Shown here piece by piece: positions 44,015 through 59,035 of a stretch of 64,000 nt of DNA. Below the pieces are notes generated by a model, which had not been told where the DNA came from, ran no database searches, and worked only from the letters and a program-made list of their open reading frames with translations. How positions within the stretch are numbered: the first letter of the stretch is position 1; each line of letters begins with the position of its first letter. The DNA comes from Octopus vulgaris. Lineage: Eukaryota. Both the position numbers and the translations under genes were made by a program. The stretch lies in the NCBI GenBank assembly GCA_951406725.2, contig OX597830.1:71362001-71426000 (forward strand). Reading direction: 5' to 3'.

Positions 44015-44089
<75 letters not shown>

Positions 44090-44514
44090 ACATGTATATA
44101 CAGGAAGCTTATTGTTTTTCGTTTTACTAATGATGCACATACACGTCAGTTTCAGTTTTTAAGCGTCCAGAGATTCGATCAAATACACAGCCTACAGACT
44201 GAATTAATGTGTAAAGTGACTGAGTATTCCGCAGACACATGTAACTTCAATTTATTTTCAGAATCAGTGTGTCACAACTGTGACAAACCATGACTCTTCA
44301 ATTACAGTTTTATTTCATCTCATGGACTTCTATACATTTTCCATCAATCCAAATGAGGGGATGTTAGTTAGATCGACCTCATTGCCTAGTGGGTACTTAT
44401 TTTATCGACCTCAAACGAATGAAAGACAAAGTTGACCTTCGAGGCATTTGAACTCAAAACGTAAAAACCGTAAGAAATGCAGCTAGTTTTGTCAGTTGTA
44501 AGGATTCGGAAATT

Positions 44515-44749
44515 ATTCTTTTACTTGTTTCAGTCAATTGACTGTGACCATGCTGGAGCACCGCCTTTAGTCGAGCAAATTGACCCCAGGACTTATTTTT
44601 TATAAGCCTAGTACTTATTCTATCGGTCTCTTTTGCCGAACCGCTATGTTACGGGTACGTAAGCACACCAGCATCGGTTATCAAGTGATGTTGGTGGGAC
44701 AAACATAGACATACAAACATACACACACACACACACACACACACATACA

Positions 44750-44799
<50 letters not shown>

Positions 44800-44970
44800 C
44801 ATACATACGACGGGCATCTTTCAGTTTCCATCTACCAAATCCACTCACAAGGCTTTGGTCGGTCCGAGGCTATAGTAGAAGATACTTGCCCAAGATGCCA
44901 CGCAGTGGGACTGAACCCGGAACTATGTGGTTCGTAAGCAACCTACTTACCACTCAGCCACTCCTACACC
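44515..44970 (-). mobile_element. SINE family A inserted in an old family B copy (about 44370-44990)
   Basis: Full family A; B body to the left, B head remnant TAACGATTCTGTCAGCT to the right. Confidence 0.85.
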
Positions 44971-45539
44971 TGGTAACGATTCTGTCAGCTTACATGACAT
45001 CAAAACTGAATACTGCATGAAAAGATCTTTTCTCGCAATTGACTTTGTTATAAGAAGAAAAGACAATACTCAAGACATATTTTTAGGTCTTCTGAAGCAA
45101 GTAGAAGGAAGTGGGCAACGTATCGTCAGACAAGAGACATTACCTGAGTATTTGCAATTGAATGGGCGCTGGTAAAGGCAACCACCATATGTGTGGTGAT
45201 GATAGCGTTTCATGACTTACTGTAGCTAATTACGTGCTGTCTCTCTGACAGGCACCCACGGTATCTCTCCATTAACTCTCACAGGCAGGGTTTTGGTCAG
45301 ACTGAATACACTTATCTAAAGTACTGCAGCAAGGAGTCGAACCTGAAACGATGTAGTAAGCGTAACTAACTTTCTTACCACACAACCACAACTACACCTG
45401 GTTTACTACGTGAACAATATAGAGGTAACGATTATGCACAGGTACACATGCATACATAATTGCATAAATTCGTTCGTGTGTGTTTGTCAGTATGTTTTGC
45501 GAGTGCTCACAGACACACACATAGATAATTAAATAGATG

Positions 45540-45619
<80 letters not shown>

Positions 45620-45633
45620 TAGATAGATAGATT

Positions 45634-45691
<58 letters not shown>

Positions 45692-46559
45692 CAGACAGAT
45701 AGACGGATAGTGGAATGGATGGAGAGACAGATACGTAGATAGGTAGATATATGGGTATACGTGTCACAGAAAAGAAGAGAGACGTAGAGAGAAAGATTTT
45801 CTCATTCCGTTAGCTTTAAAAGGATTCAAAGAATTAACCCTGTAGAATTTCATGTTTATACCAATGAAATATGATAATTCATTTATACGTGTGTGTGTGT
45901 ACACATATATGTATATATTTGCATTTCCATGTAAGTGTGCGTGTATGTTTATATTAATGCGTTTGAGTGAGTAAAGTGCAGCTCATCAAATGTAGTGATA
46001 AAAACCAGTTTATATATTTATATTTCCGCTAGAATGTAAACTGAATTTATTGTCGATAAAACGTTTTATACGTAACTCTATACTTCTACAATTTTAACTT
46101 AGTATTTATGTTATTTTTATTTTTCATTAAACCATTCTGAACTACAATCGTTACTACTAAAACCACTAGTATCTACAAGCTACTTATCAGCATCAAAACA
46201 AAAAAAAAATAATAATAAAATGTGGAAGAGTGGGAACTGTTAATATTGGAAATGATTGACATAACGAGATAGTTTTTTAATATAGACATTTTTCTTTTAA
46301 GAAATTGCCAATTATACTAATTGGGAAAAGCTAGCAATCATTGTGTGTAGTTATATACAATCCGATTGTCGGATTATTCACGAAAGCTGGTGTAAATGAG
46401 CTTTTAGGTGAATCAAAATGGATTTTATAATAAATTTGACTATTTTTTGCATAAAGTCTATCCATCAGTAAATATCTATTGTTGTTAATATTCTACCAAT
46501 ATATAACGAGTAAAAAAAATAATAATTGCTTGGCAGCGTTACATTAACTCTTTTACATT

Positions 46560-46759
46560 AACTCTTTTACTTGTTTCAGTCATTTGACTGAGGCCATGCT
46601 GGAGCACCGCCTTTTGTCGAGCACATCGAGACCAGGACTTATTCTTTGTAAGCCTAGTACTTGTTCTATCGGTCTCTTTTGCCGAACCGCTAGTTTACGG
46701 GGACGTAAACACACCAGCATCGGTTGTCAAGTGATGTTAGGAGGGACAAACACAGACAC

Positions 46760-46806
<47 letters not shown>

Positions 46807-46970
46807 TATATATATATACGACGGGCTTCTTTCAGTTTCGGTCTACCAAATCCACTCATAAGGCTTAGGCTGGCCCGAGGCTATAGTAGGAGACACTTGC
46901 AGTGGGACTGAATCCGAAACCATGTGGTTAGTAAGCAAGCTACTTACCACACAGCCACTCCTGCGCCTAT
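46560..46970 (-). mobile_element. SINE family A
   Basis: Head and tail present, small internal deletions. Confidence 0.9.
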
Positions 46971-47644
46971 TGAACTTTTGTTGTTGAACATATCAGTACA
47001 AAACAACCTACCCACGCGTGCGCACGCACCACAAACACGCACACGTAGAAACACAAATACAAACACAAACACACACACGGATAACTGTGTCGAATGGTGA
47101 CTAATTACCAAATCATTTTGACCGGGATACAGTCAAACCACGCTTAATCTGACAAATAATCCACTGAACATTTGGAAAGTATTGGAACTAGCAACACATG
47201 CCGCATTCTACCAACTGTATCATTGTATCTTGGTAGTCATTATTATCATCAGCGTCATCTTCGTTATTGCTACCATCATCAGCGCCGTCATCGTCGAGCA
47301 CACTTTATCACCATTATCATCTTCATCATCACCATCACTTTTACCATGATGATGATGAATATCTTCCTCATCATTGCCCGGAAAGAAGCAGCATTAGTCA
47401 TTCTGTTCAGCATTCAAACACCGCCATTGTCCACTTTGCCGTTTCATCCTTTCGGGTTCGATAAAATGTAATATTTGTCGACTACCGGGGTTCAATGTAT
47501 ACGACTACCGCACACCCTTGAAAATTGTTGGTATTTTGCCAAAATATGGAAGAAAAGTGACCAGAAAAGACGTTAAAATCGACTAACTTCATTACCTTAA
47601 AATTGCTGGCATTGTGCTCAAGCTAGAGAGTATTATTATTAAGA

Positions 47645-48025
47645 AGTCGACGAGCCAGCAAAATCGTTAGCACGTGGTATTTCGTCTGCCGTTACCTTCT
47701 GAGTTCAAATTCAGCCGAGGTCGACTTTGCCGTTTCATCCTTTCGGGGTCGATAAATTAAGTACCAATTACGCACTGGGGTCGTTGTAATCGACTTAATC
47801 CGTTTGTCTGTCCTTGTTTGTCATGTCTGAGTTTAGCCCCTTGTGGGTAATAAAGAAACAGATATTCCGTCTGTCTTTACTTTCTGAGTTCAAATTCCGT
47901 CGAGGTCCACTTTGCCTTTCATCATTTCAAGATCTATAAATTAAGTACCATTTGCGTACTGTGGTCGATGTAATCGATTGCCTCCTCCCCCAAAATTTCG
48001 GGCTTTGTGCCTAGAGTAGAAACGA
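47645..48025 (+). mobile_element. Dimeric SINE family B
   Basis: Same two-tail order as 40161-40590. Confidence 0.85.
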
Positions 48026-48199
48026 ATATCAGTTCTGCTCTTGATTCGGCAGACCTATGAGGAAAACCTTCCTAGCCGTCGTCAGTCCATCTTTCTTTCA
48101 AACATTGTGTTCTTTCTTTTACTTTTGAGTATTAGGTTGAGATTTCAAGGATGTTTGACTCTTATTTCTAGCATTGTAACTCTCCACATAGAGACGCCC

Positions 48200-49745
48200 A
48201 CGCTATTCTTCGTGGTTTTGAAGGTGATATCGGCGGTTGTCCTGCAAACTATGATAGTAAAGGTTATGCTTATGATGTCGATAGGAAGGACGGTGTTGCA
48301 GAAGGTATCAGAGGTAGTCTTGGTTTTACTGGTGGTATTGATGAAGGTGGTGTTGGTGGTGGTTGCGGTTTTGGTGATTACGTTAATGATGGTGGCGCTG
48401 GTGCTGGTGTTCGTCATAATAACACGGTGGTATTCGTTGTTGTTGCGATGGAGGCAGTGGTAATATTGGAAATGGTGGTAGTGATGCTGACAGAAGTGAT
48501 GTTCGCGGTTTTCCCGGTATTGCTGTTGTTGATGGTGATGCTGATGGTTGTGGGGATGTTGTTACAAACAACCTGTTCTTTGTTGTTGTTGGTGGTGGTG
48601 GTGGTGATGGTGATTGTCAAAGTAGCATTGTTGGAAGCAATATTGTTGTTAGTATTAGTGATGGTGGAAGTGGTGGTGGTGGTGGTGATTGTGGTGGTTG
48701 TGGATGTTATGGTGTTTGTGGTGGTGGTGGTGGAGATGGTGAAGATGGTGGTTGTGATGGAGGTGGTGGTGATTGTGGTCGTTGTGGTGGATGTGGTGTT
48801 TGGGGTGGAGGTAGTGTTTGTGGGGGTGGGGTGTTGGTGGCCGTGGTGGAGATGGTGGTAGTTGTGGTGAGTGATGTTGGTGAGAGTAGGAGCCGTACTG
48901 GTGGTGGTAGCTGAGGTGGTGGAGGAGGAGAAATCGATATTCGATGTGTCAAATTTGGTCTCGTTATTGCAAGTGGTGTTGGTTGCAGTTTTGCTGGAAA
49001 TGCATAGGGTGATGTTGCTAGCGCCAGAACTACTGATGCTGGTGGTGGTAGTGGTATTGGTATTGGTATTGGTGGTGATGGTATCGTTAGTATTCTTGGT
49101 GATGGTGATGGTGGTGGAGGTAGTCTTCTCTTGCTGGTAGTTTCCATGGTAGTAAGAGCGTTGGTGGTATTCTCGATGCTGATGGTGGTGGTAGTAGTAG
49201 TGGTTTTGGTGACGGTGGTACAGGTACTGGTGGTGTTGGTGAAAGTGCTGGTGATGGTGGTAGTGGTGGTGGTATTGGTGGTATTCACCATGGTAATGGT
49301 AGTAGCGTTGGAATTATTGGTGGTAGTCCTGGTTTTAATAGTTAGTGGTGATGGTGGTGTGTTGGTGGTAGTCTTGGTGATGGTGGTAGCGACAGTGGTG
49401 TTGGTAGTATTCTCTCTGGTGGTTGTAGTGTTGGTTGTCTTGGTCGTAGTAAAGGTGGTGGTGGTGTTGGTGGTGGTGATGGTGTTAGTGGTGGTGGAGT
49501 TGTTGATGGAAACGGTGTTGGTCGTGTTGCTGTTGTTGATAGATGTGGTGTTGGTGTTAGGGTGGTAGTTTTGGTGGTGGTGGTGGTGCTGGTGCTGGTG
49601 GTAGTGGTGGTGTCAATGATGAACGTGGTAGTGTTGTTGGTAGTAGAGATTACTAGCGGCAGTAGTAGTGGTACCGCGCTGGTGGTGATGGCGTTACTGC
49701 ACAAGATGGTGTTGGTGGTGGTGGTGGTGGTTGTGTTAGCGTTAG
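48200..49745. repeat. About 1.5 kb of degenerate (GGT/GTT/GAT)n cryptic repeat
   Basis: G/T-rich plus strand with triplet periodicity and phase shifts. Confidence 0.85.
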
Positions 49746-49759
49746 GCATTCATTAAAAT

Positions 49760-49930
49760 CACAACTGATTTGTGAAGGTCGACCAGAAACGAGGTGAAAA
49801 TGGATGAAGTGGATCGTGCGATGATCTGTGATCCGCTTGGAGTCGACATGGCGCAAAACGATTTGCCGGAAGTAGGTCGTAACACAGATCGTTATATTAA
49901 CGCACACCACCAGGGGTCGCTAGTCGCTTG
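49760..49930. promoter_or_regulatory. CpG-rich unique island with YY1-, ETS- and CTCF-like motifs
   Basis: ACATGGCG 49846-49853, CCGGAAGT 49866-49873, CCACCAGGGGTCGCTAG 49907-49923. Confidence 0.45.
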
Positions 49931-50123
49931 TATTAACACATCATCTTTGTCATCTTTTGTCTTTCAGCATTTGCTTTCAAAAGCAAAAATATAAAAAAAC
50001 AAACAAACAAATAAACCAATCCTTTCCTTTCCTCTTATTTTTATTTATTTCTTATTTATATTTTTTGTATATTGATTTGTTTATTTTTCCATGAAATGTT
50101 CGGTGTTCGCAGAGCGAACATTA

Positions 50124-50240
<117 letters not shown>

Positions 50241-50413
50241 TAATAATAATAATATTGGAGGACGGAGGTGGTGGCGTTCATGATGGTGATATTCAGCCGC
50301 CATATTTGCTGACTGGCTGTAATTTGATTGCATTTAACATCGTCCAACCTTAAGTTTCGAAAATTCACCTGCGTCTCGAACTGAAAATAATAATAATAAT
50401 AATAATAATAATG

Positions 50414-50447
<34 letters not shown>

Positions 50448-51090
50448 TAATAATAATAATGATGATGATGATGATGATGATGATAAAAACAGTAATAACA
50501 ACAACAATAACAATATAATGATGATACCACCTTGTTTTAGTGCTTTGACCAAGAATAGTGAAAAGGGAGTGGTGGGAGGATTGCTTATAGCAAAAGGGAA
50601 AGGGAGGAAATGTAGAGAGAGTAAAAGAAAGGGGTAAGACGGAGGTGAATAAAAGAGATCCAGTTTGAGGAGAAAGTGAAAGTACGGAGACAGGGAAAGA
50701 AGCAGGTACAGAGAGAGGGAGAGTGAGAGAAGAGGAGGAAGGAGGAAAGAGTGGGAAAGGGAGTGGGAGGGCAAAGCTGAAACAGATTGTGCGCGTAAAG
50801 AAGGGGAAGGGATTGAGATGAGTGAGAGAGACCTGAGAAGAGAAAGAGACGGAGTATTGCATAGAGAAAAGTGCAAAGAAAGAGTGATGAGTTCGCATGA
50901 AGAGAGAGAGAGAAAATTTACAAGAAGAGAGAGAGAGGGGGGGAGAAGGGGAGGTAATGTAAAGGAAATCAAACACTGCGAAAAAGGAGGCTGAAAACGA
51001 GAGAGAAAACGTGAGAGAAAACAAGTGCGTGTGTGTAAATGTTATGTGCGCGCAAGGAAGCATATCTATCTATCTATCTATCTATCTATA

Positions 51091-51122
<32 letters not shown>

Positions 51123-51143
51123 CATATATATACACATATATAC

Positions 51144-51176
<33 letters not shown>

Positions 51177-53169
51177 CATATATATACTCACATATACATA
51201 TATATATATATACATATATATACTCACACATACAGACATACATGCATACATATAAATGCACCTACATATATATATACACAAAGTGAGAGAGAGAAGTAAT
51301 TGATATTGTAAGAGAACGAAAGTAGATGGATATATATTAAGGTGCCTGACTACATAAATTTTGATTTTTATTGACGATTAGTTTAATAGAAACATGAAAA
51401 AAAAAATGGTGGTAATAATTAGGTGTAAAATAATTTGGAAAGGAGGAGCTTAGAATGATAGAATAAAAACGGGGCTGCGGTAAACATAGATAGCCGCTGT
51501 GAAATATATGAAATTTTCCAAAATACTAAGTATGAGACACGCCTTGAATATTATCGGAAAACGACAAAAATACTCCTTTTTCTTGTTTTTCATCCACCGG
51601 GCATAAGAAATTTATCAAGTCCTTCTAGTGCCCTTTACCTTTCGTATTGTGAATGCATAGAAATGAACAGCATTTACTGTAATCTTACTCAAACCTTGTG
51701 AGTGTATGCCAATTTTAGAGAGACAGGGACGCTATGCCAAGCTAAAAGTTTTAAACTCTTGCGTTCTTTAATATTTTAAGTATCGTTCAAAATTCTCAGC
51801 GGCATTTCATTCATCTTTACGGTCTGAGTTCTAATTCTTCTGACATCAGCTATGCCTGTCATCCTGTCGGGATGTACCAATCATGTACTGAGGTGTCGAT
51901 TTAATCGACTTTACTCGCCCATGAAATTGCTGACCTTGTGCCAAAATTTGAGACTAATGTTTCTAATATCGTTCAGGCGGCACACCAGGCAAAATTTTTA
52001 GCGGAATTTCATTCTTTACAATCTTGAGTTCAAATTTTGCTGTGCCGAGGTTGACTTTGCCTTTCATCCTTTCGAGGTCTATAAAATAAATACAAGTTAA
52101 GCACTCTGGTCGATATAAGTGATTTACCGCTCTCTCTCAAAGTTGCTGGACTTTCGCAAAAACTTGAAACCGACATTTTAAATATCGTAAATTCTACTTT
52201 GTGTTATAAATTCAAATCATTTTGTATTACTTTTTCATCAAGGGCTGGGAACAATACCAGGAATATAAGAGGATTCTTTAAGCGGTAGCACAATCTGCTA
52301 GAAGTAGCAAACGAAATCATCCTAAAGACAGCTTACAGCATGAGAAAAATGCAAAAATAACGTTTTGAAGCTGGAAGTGTATGCAATTATTATAAAGTTG
52401 TATATTGTAAAATGCAGAAGAAATACCGACATTTCAGTCCCTAACTATCAGAAGCCTTTTATAATCTACACCAATTTATGAGTAGGACCTTCCAATTCCT
52501 GCTGCCTTCAGACTAGTTTCCTGGCTCGCTCTGTTTCACTGTACCTTGCACATACTATGGTCATACATTTGTATTGGTTATACTGATATAAAGTACTTGT
52601 ATTTCATTTAGTTACTTAAGTGTACTTAATATTTGCTTAATTTTGAGGTGTCTAACTCAGGAAAAAATTTTGGAACGAAATGTTCTGGAAAATCGATTAC
52701 GTACCTATAGTTAGTAAAAACAAACGCTACTTTTATTTGGAGTTATCCTTGCCATTAGCTGGCAAAAACACTCACAAGTTGTATGTAAAATTTAAACATA
52801 TTAAGCGATTTAAGACCAACCACATCGGCTGAGTGGTATTTTTTGAAATATATACATTATGCAGATCAAAGTATAACTTTGTGTTTAAATCTCACCGATA
52901 CACTAAGCGTGAATAAGAAGGAACAAAATAATGATAGCTCGAATGTCTTTGATCGAAGAGAATGGTTTCGCTTGGTTGGGAGTTAACTGCAAGATAAACA
53001 ACAATAAATAGGGGTCTACTGAACTTTACACTCTACATGGCGCAGTTATATTTCTGCTATCATCAATATTTGTAGCAGCAGCGGCCCTGGATTAATCATC
53101 CTCAACGCCGTGGTCTTACCTTGTGAAATCTCTCTGTGTGTGTGTGTGTGTGTGTATCTGTGTGTGTGT

Positions 53170-53208
<39 letters not shown>

Positions 53209-53460
53209 CATATACCTTCTAATGATCAGATGTAAGAGGACGATGATGATGAAAAACATGTTGCTAAGAAATATAAGGTTGGGTAGTTATCTAGTTCTTG
53301 TTTTTGGTTAAATGCATATACAAGCATAAATAATTATATATATATATGTATGTATATATATAGAGAGAGAATGAGAGAGAAAGATAGACAGATAGATGGC
53401 TGGATGAATACATAGATGCATACATGCATTCATATATATCTATATAACTATATGTTTATT

Positions 53461-53493
<33 letters not shown>

Positions 53494-53713
53494 TCATGTA
53501 TGTACGTATGTATGTGCAAATATCTATGTATGCGTGTATATATAAGTACATATGTATATATATATATATATGTCTATATGTAATGTGTATATATACTTAT
53601 ATGTATATGTGTATGCGTGTTTATATATATATATATATGTATGTATGTATGTTTGTATGTATACACACATATATAAACACGCATACATATATACACATAC
53701 ATATATACATATA

Positions 53714-53746
<33 letters not shown>

Positions 53747-54373
53747 GAGTCGCTGAATGTCTCCGCTACAACAGCTGTTGTTCTCGAGCAATAATCTCCA
53801 GTTGAAAAAAGAAGTGTCTTCTTTTTCATGGTCCCCTGAAGAGCAATTTCTCTCATTCACTTACAACTATCTTCCATCCATCCATTCATTCTTTCTTTCA
53901 GTTTTCTTCAATACTTTCTCTTTCATTCTTTCATTTGTTCATTCGCTCGTTGATTCAATGCAATGCCAAATGCTCTGGCGAATGGGAAAACAATAAATAA
54001 AAAGAAGATGTAGAATAGCAAAACGAAAAGAAAACTAAAATCCAATAAGAAGATTGAAGCCCAGCAAATAGAAAATAGATATAAGAAACAAACGGGAAAA
54101 CTGCAATGTTTATTTTCTTCCCCTTGTGTTAGTTTGAAGGAAGAAATTGATAGATAGATTAGATGGATGGTTGGATGGATAGATAGATAGTTAGATGAAG
54201 ATACATATGGAGAAATACAGAGAATTCTGAGCTTAAGAATTGGACAAAGATTATGTGTGTGTGTGAGCATCTACATATGTGTTCGTATTTCTTTCACCGC
54301 TCTCTCTCTCTCTTTCACTTTCTCTGTTCCTGTCCGTCTGTTCGTCTCTCTATCTAAATACATACACACACAC

Positions 54374-54473
<100 letters not shown>

Positions 54474-54622
54474 ATGTATACACGTATATCTGTGCCTGGA
54501 TTTACATTTATATGCATATATATTCATATGCATTTATATACTCACATAAGCATATACGTTTCTGTATACATACATACATACATGCATACATACACATACA
54601 TATAATAGTATATGTATGTATG

Positions 54623-54667
<45 letters not shown>

Positions 54668-54784
54668 ACAGACATATATATACACTTATATATATAACGT
54701 AAAGATAAATACATTTGGTTTTATATATTTATATACATATGCACAAGTTGAACAAACTTATATAAACACACACACACACACAAT

Positions 54785-54852
<68 letters not shown>

Positions 54853-55012
54853 TGTGTGTGTGTCAGTGTGTGTGTATGTATGTATGTATGTATGTATGTA
54901 TGTGTGTATGTATATATATGTATATACTTATACACACCGACATACTGACGAACAATGAAAACAGAAAATGAGGCAAATATATAAAAAGAAAGACAGAATT
55001 ATTATCAGCATG

Positions 55013-55046
<34 letters not shown>

Positions 55047-55881
55047 GCAACGTAATACAACACATACACAGACTGGCAACTCACAACTCACTCTCTCTCT
55101 CTCTCTCTGTCTGTCTCTTTCTCTCCCTCACAAACACACACAGAGCAGAATTTCAGAATTTGCTGAAAGCCTTAGGATGGTAATTCTCTGGTGTGTCTTC
55201 AGAAAACAAGCCAAAGGGTAATCACTGTTGATTAAGAAATGATAATGAAGGCAAAGCCGGAAGATAATTGCTACTAAAAGCGTGGAGTGGCTTGTAGAAG
55301 CTGTCAATCCACCGGCTGCAGCCGATTGTCTATTACATTGCGGGAGGAACGACGTTTACATGTTCAACGCTTTTGCCTTCTATTTTGTTTTGTTTTTTTT
55401 TCCTAACCCCTTTCTCTCTTATTACCTCTACCATCACTACAAGAACAATAACAACAGCAACAATAACAATAATAACAACGACAATAACTGGAATAACACC
55501 AACAACAACGACAACAATAACGAGTGCAGTATTATTTGCTCGTCGCTTGAAATTCTCATATGAGTTGGAACGTCATCGAAGCAAAACAAGACGAAGAAGA
55601 CACACGTTCGGAAATTTACACTGAGTTTAAAGATGGACGTGGGTTGTCGATGGCAGTGGTGGTGATGGCGATCACGGCGACGGTAGTGCAGTGGCCGTGG
55701 TGTTGGGGTGACTTTAGGGTGGGACAAGGTGTGGTGGTTCTTTATTATTCCAGTCCTTTCTTTATTTTGCCTTGCTCTTCTATCCTTTTCTTTGTGTGTG
55801 TGTGTATGTTTGTGTATGTTTTTTTCTATATCTTTTCTCTCACTCGTGTAGGGTTTTTTTTTCATACTTTCTTCGATGAAA

Positions 55882-56235
55882 TTTCTTTCTGTGTTCTAAC
55901 TTTGCTACAATCTGTTTGGTTTCTTCTTCTTCTTCTTCTTCTTCTTCTTCTTCTTCTTCTTCTTCTTCTTCTTCTTCTTCTTCTTCTTCTCCTTCTTCTT
56001 CTTCTTCTTCTCCTCCTGCTCCTGCTCCTCCTTCTTCTTCTTCTCCTTCTTCTTCTTCTTCATCTTCTTCTTCTCTTTCTCCTTCTTCTTCTTCTTCTCC
56101 TTCCTCTCTTCTTCTTCTTCTTCTTCTTCTTCTTCTCCTTCTTCTTCTCCTCCTCCTTCTTCTTCTTCTTCTTCTCCGCCTCCTCCTTCTTCTTTCCCTC
56201 CTCCTCTTCTTCTTCTTTTCCTCCTCCTCCTCCTT

Positions 56236-56267
<32 letters not shown>

Positions 56268-56450
56268 CCTTCTTCTTCTCCTTCTCCTCCTCCTCCTCCT
56301 CCTCCTACTACTACTACTACTACTACCACTACTACTACTTCATCCTCCTTCTCTCCATTACCCCATTATCTTTCCCCTCCTCCTCCCCCCTTCCTTCTTT
56401 CACAGCATCATCGTCATCGTTATCGTCATTGTCGATATGATGATCATCAC
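55882..56450 (+). repeat. Direct duplication copy 1 (unique anchors around a (CTT/CCT/CTA)n core)
   Basis: Anchors TTTCTTTCTGTGTTCTA.CTTTGCTACAATCTGTTTG and ACAGCATCATCGTCATCGT recur at 57688-58095. Confidence 0.85.
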
Positions 56451-57004
56451 TGAAGCCACTGTCTGACGGCATCGCCAACATCATCATATTTTTTTCTTAC
56501 TTACATTTACTTTTAGGCATAATCCTTATCACCGTTGTTAGATTAGCCGAATGTAGGGAAAATATTTTGCGGTATTCATTCCGGTTCTCCATCTTGTGAT
56601 TTCAAATCCCACCAAAGTCAATTTTGCCTATTTCTCCGGGGTGGATAAAATATATACACCACGAAAGGACTGTACATGACATTGAATAAGCCCCTCGCCT
56701 CAAAATGTATGACCTTGTGCCTGAATCAGAAAACCTGACGAGCTGGCAGATTCGGTAGTACTATTTCGTCCGTTTTTACGTTCTGAGTTCAAATTCCGCC
56801 GAGGTCGACTTTGGCTTTCATTTCGGGTAGATGAATTAAAAGTGAAACACTGGGATCAATGTAATCGACCGGCTCCCTCCCCCAAAATTTCAGGCCTTAT
56901 ACTTTATTTGAAAGGATCTATTTAGCAATACGCTTGTACCGTCGGTGTTTGTCACACTAAGGGTGATACGTTAGAATGAAATTCGAGTTATTTCCCTTGA
57001 CTTC

Positions 57005-57530
57005 TGGACTGGCATTGCTGTAACACTCTTGAAAGGTGGTAAAACACTTCACAGGATATTCAAGCTTCCATTTTCTTTGAGTGAAACAAGCGTGTGCAAT
57101 GTTGCACCAAATTCTAATCAAGGAAACATTCTTAGGCGAGTAAAAGTCTTCGTTATTGACGAAGCTTCAATGATACAAGTTTATGCTTTGAAAGTTATTG
57201 ATAATTGTTTAGGAGATATTATGAATAGTAATAATATACTTGGTGGGGAAAATATCGTATTAGGAGGAGATTTTACACAAGTTCTTCCAGCTGGTACCAG
57301 AGCTACTCCTGCAGCTGTACTTGATGTCTGCCTCAAATGCTCCTGTATGTGGGATAATTTTCATCAAATGCAACTTATGCAAAACATGAGAACAAATGCA
57401 AATGAACAAGGTTTTACGAGGTGGCTTGGCTACTACAACTTGGAAGCGGATTTCTTCAAAGCTCTTTTGATAATCTCGCAGAAGATACTATTGATGTTCC
57501 TGAGGCCTTTCATATGTGACAATTTTTTTG
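57005..57530 (+). pseudogene. Helitron-type PIF1 family helicase fragment, frameshifted
   Basis: WTGIAVTLLKGGKTLHRIFKLP (motifs Ia/Ib), VIDEASM (Walker B), LGGDFTQVLP (motif III), L..NMR (motif IV); frameshift after FTRWL; no Walker A. Confidence 0.9.
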
Positions 57531-57687
57531 GTATCTGATATATTCGACAATTATCAGGGCGTCGGACAAAATGCTTAGCAAACATTTCCCCCGAATCATT
57601 CCATTATAATTTCGAATGCTACCGGAGCCGAGTTTACATGGACACGACGCACGCACGCGCACTCACAATTACATTTAAACATGTACG

Positions 57688-58095
57688 TTTCTTTCTGTGT
57701 TCTACCTTTGCTACAATCTGTTTGCTTCTTCTTCTTCTTCTTCTTCTTCTTCTTCTTTTCTTCTTCTTCTTCTTCTTCTTCTTCTTCTTCTTCTTCTTCT
57801 TCTCCTCCTCCTCCTCATTTTCCTCCTCCTCCTTCTCCTCCTCCTTCTCCTCCTCCTTCACATTCGCCTCATCCTTCCTCCTTTTCCTCCTCATTATCCC
57901 CATTATCTTTCCCCTCCTCCCCTCCTCATCTTCCTCCTCCTCCTTCTCCTCCTCCTTCACATTCGCCTCATCCTTCCTCCTTTTCCTCCTCATTATCCCC
58001 ATTATCTTTCCCATCCTCCTCTTCTTCCTCCTACCCCTTCTCCTTCCTCTCTTTACAGCATCATCGTCATCGTCATTATCGATATGATAATCATT
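57688..58095 (+). repeat. Direct duplication copy 2 with internal 99-bp-period repeat
   Basis: Same anchors as 55882-56450; CACATTCGCCTCATCC at 57859 and 57958. Confidence 0.85.
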
Positions 58096-58812
58096 CATTT
58101 AAACCGCTTTCACATACGCACATTATTGTACGCAACCATATGTGTAACTATACCCAGGCTGTGTTTGTGAACGACACTGACTTAACAATTGAATTGTCTT
58201 GGCAAGTTCGTACACTCTCCATTAAGTAATTGGTGAACGACTATTTAGTCAGTCTTAAGCTATGTGTCCGCATTCAGTAATGATTTCGTGAGTATTTAAG
58301 AAAGTAGACTGCCTACAATAGGAACGTAGTTTGTTAATTTGTGAGAGACTGTACTAGATTTAGACACATCTGGCTGGACAACATTTATTGCAACACATGA
58401 GGATAATTTTCAACTCTACAACGATTATATATTAGAGCAAGGACTTTCTGGATTTATACATAACTGTGAAAATTATTATGAATTACTATGAGCTCTCATT
58501 TTATTTTCCTGTCTCTTCCGTTTACGTTTCACTCACACACACTCTTTATCTACTACCCTTTCTTGCTGATGACAGCGTGGTACGTTTGCATGATTTATTT
58601 ACATTCCTCAACAAGCATGAATCAGTAGCCAGGGAAAATATATAAAACATCTTTTATTTTTGTTTTACTTGTTTCAGTCATTTCAGATTAGGGTCATGCT
58701 AGGGCACAGACTCGAAGGATTTTAGCCGAGAGAATCGACCCCAGTATGTTTACTTTATTTTCAATGTCTGGTACTTATTCTATCGATCTCTTTTACCGAA
58801 CCACTATACATA

Positions 58813-58848
<36 letters not shown>

Positions 58849-59035
58849 CATATATATAATAATAAATATTAGGGAATAAATCCAAATTTACAGGGAAAAA
58901 TCAGATTTAGGATTAAATCCAATTTTATAGTAAAATATTATATAATATAATTCGAGACAAAACCACTATTTTGCAAAACAAACAAGGAAAGACTTAATCA
59001 ATACATAAAAAATTTTAATATAAAGAAATAAACCG

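Noticed and set aside
48041-49910. Val-rich (+) and Thr/Pro-rich (-) ORFs resembling mucin or extensin
   Set aside because: Degenerate GGT repeat; frames switch and stop repeatedly, with no domain or splice evidence
55560-56453. Longest ORF (297 aa)
   Set aside because: Mostly polyL/F/S/P/T from trinucleotide repeats
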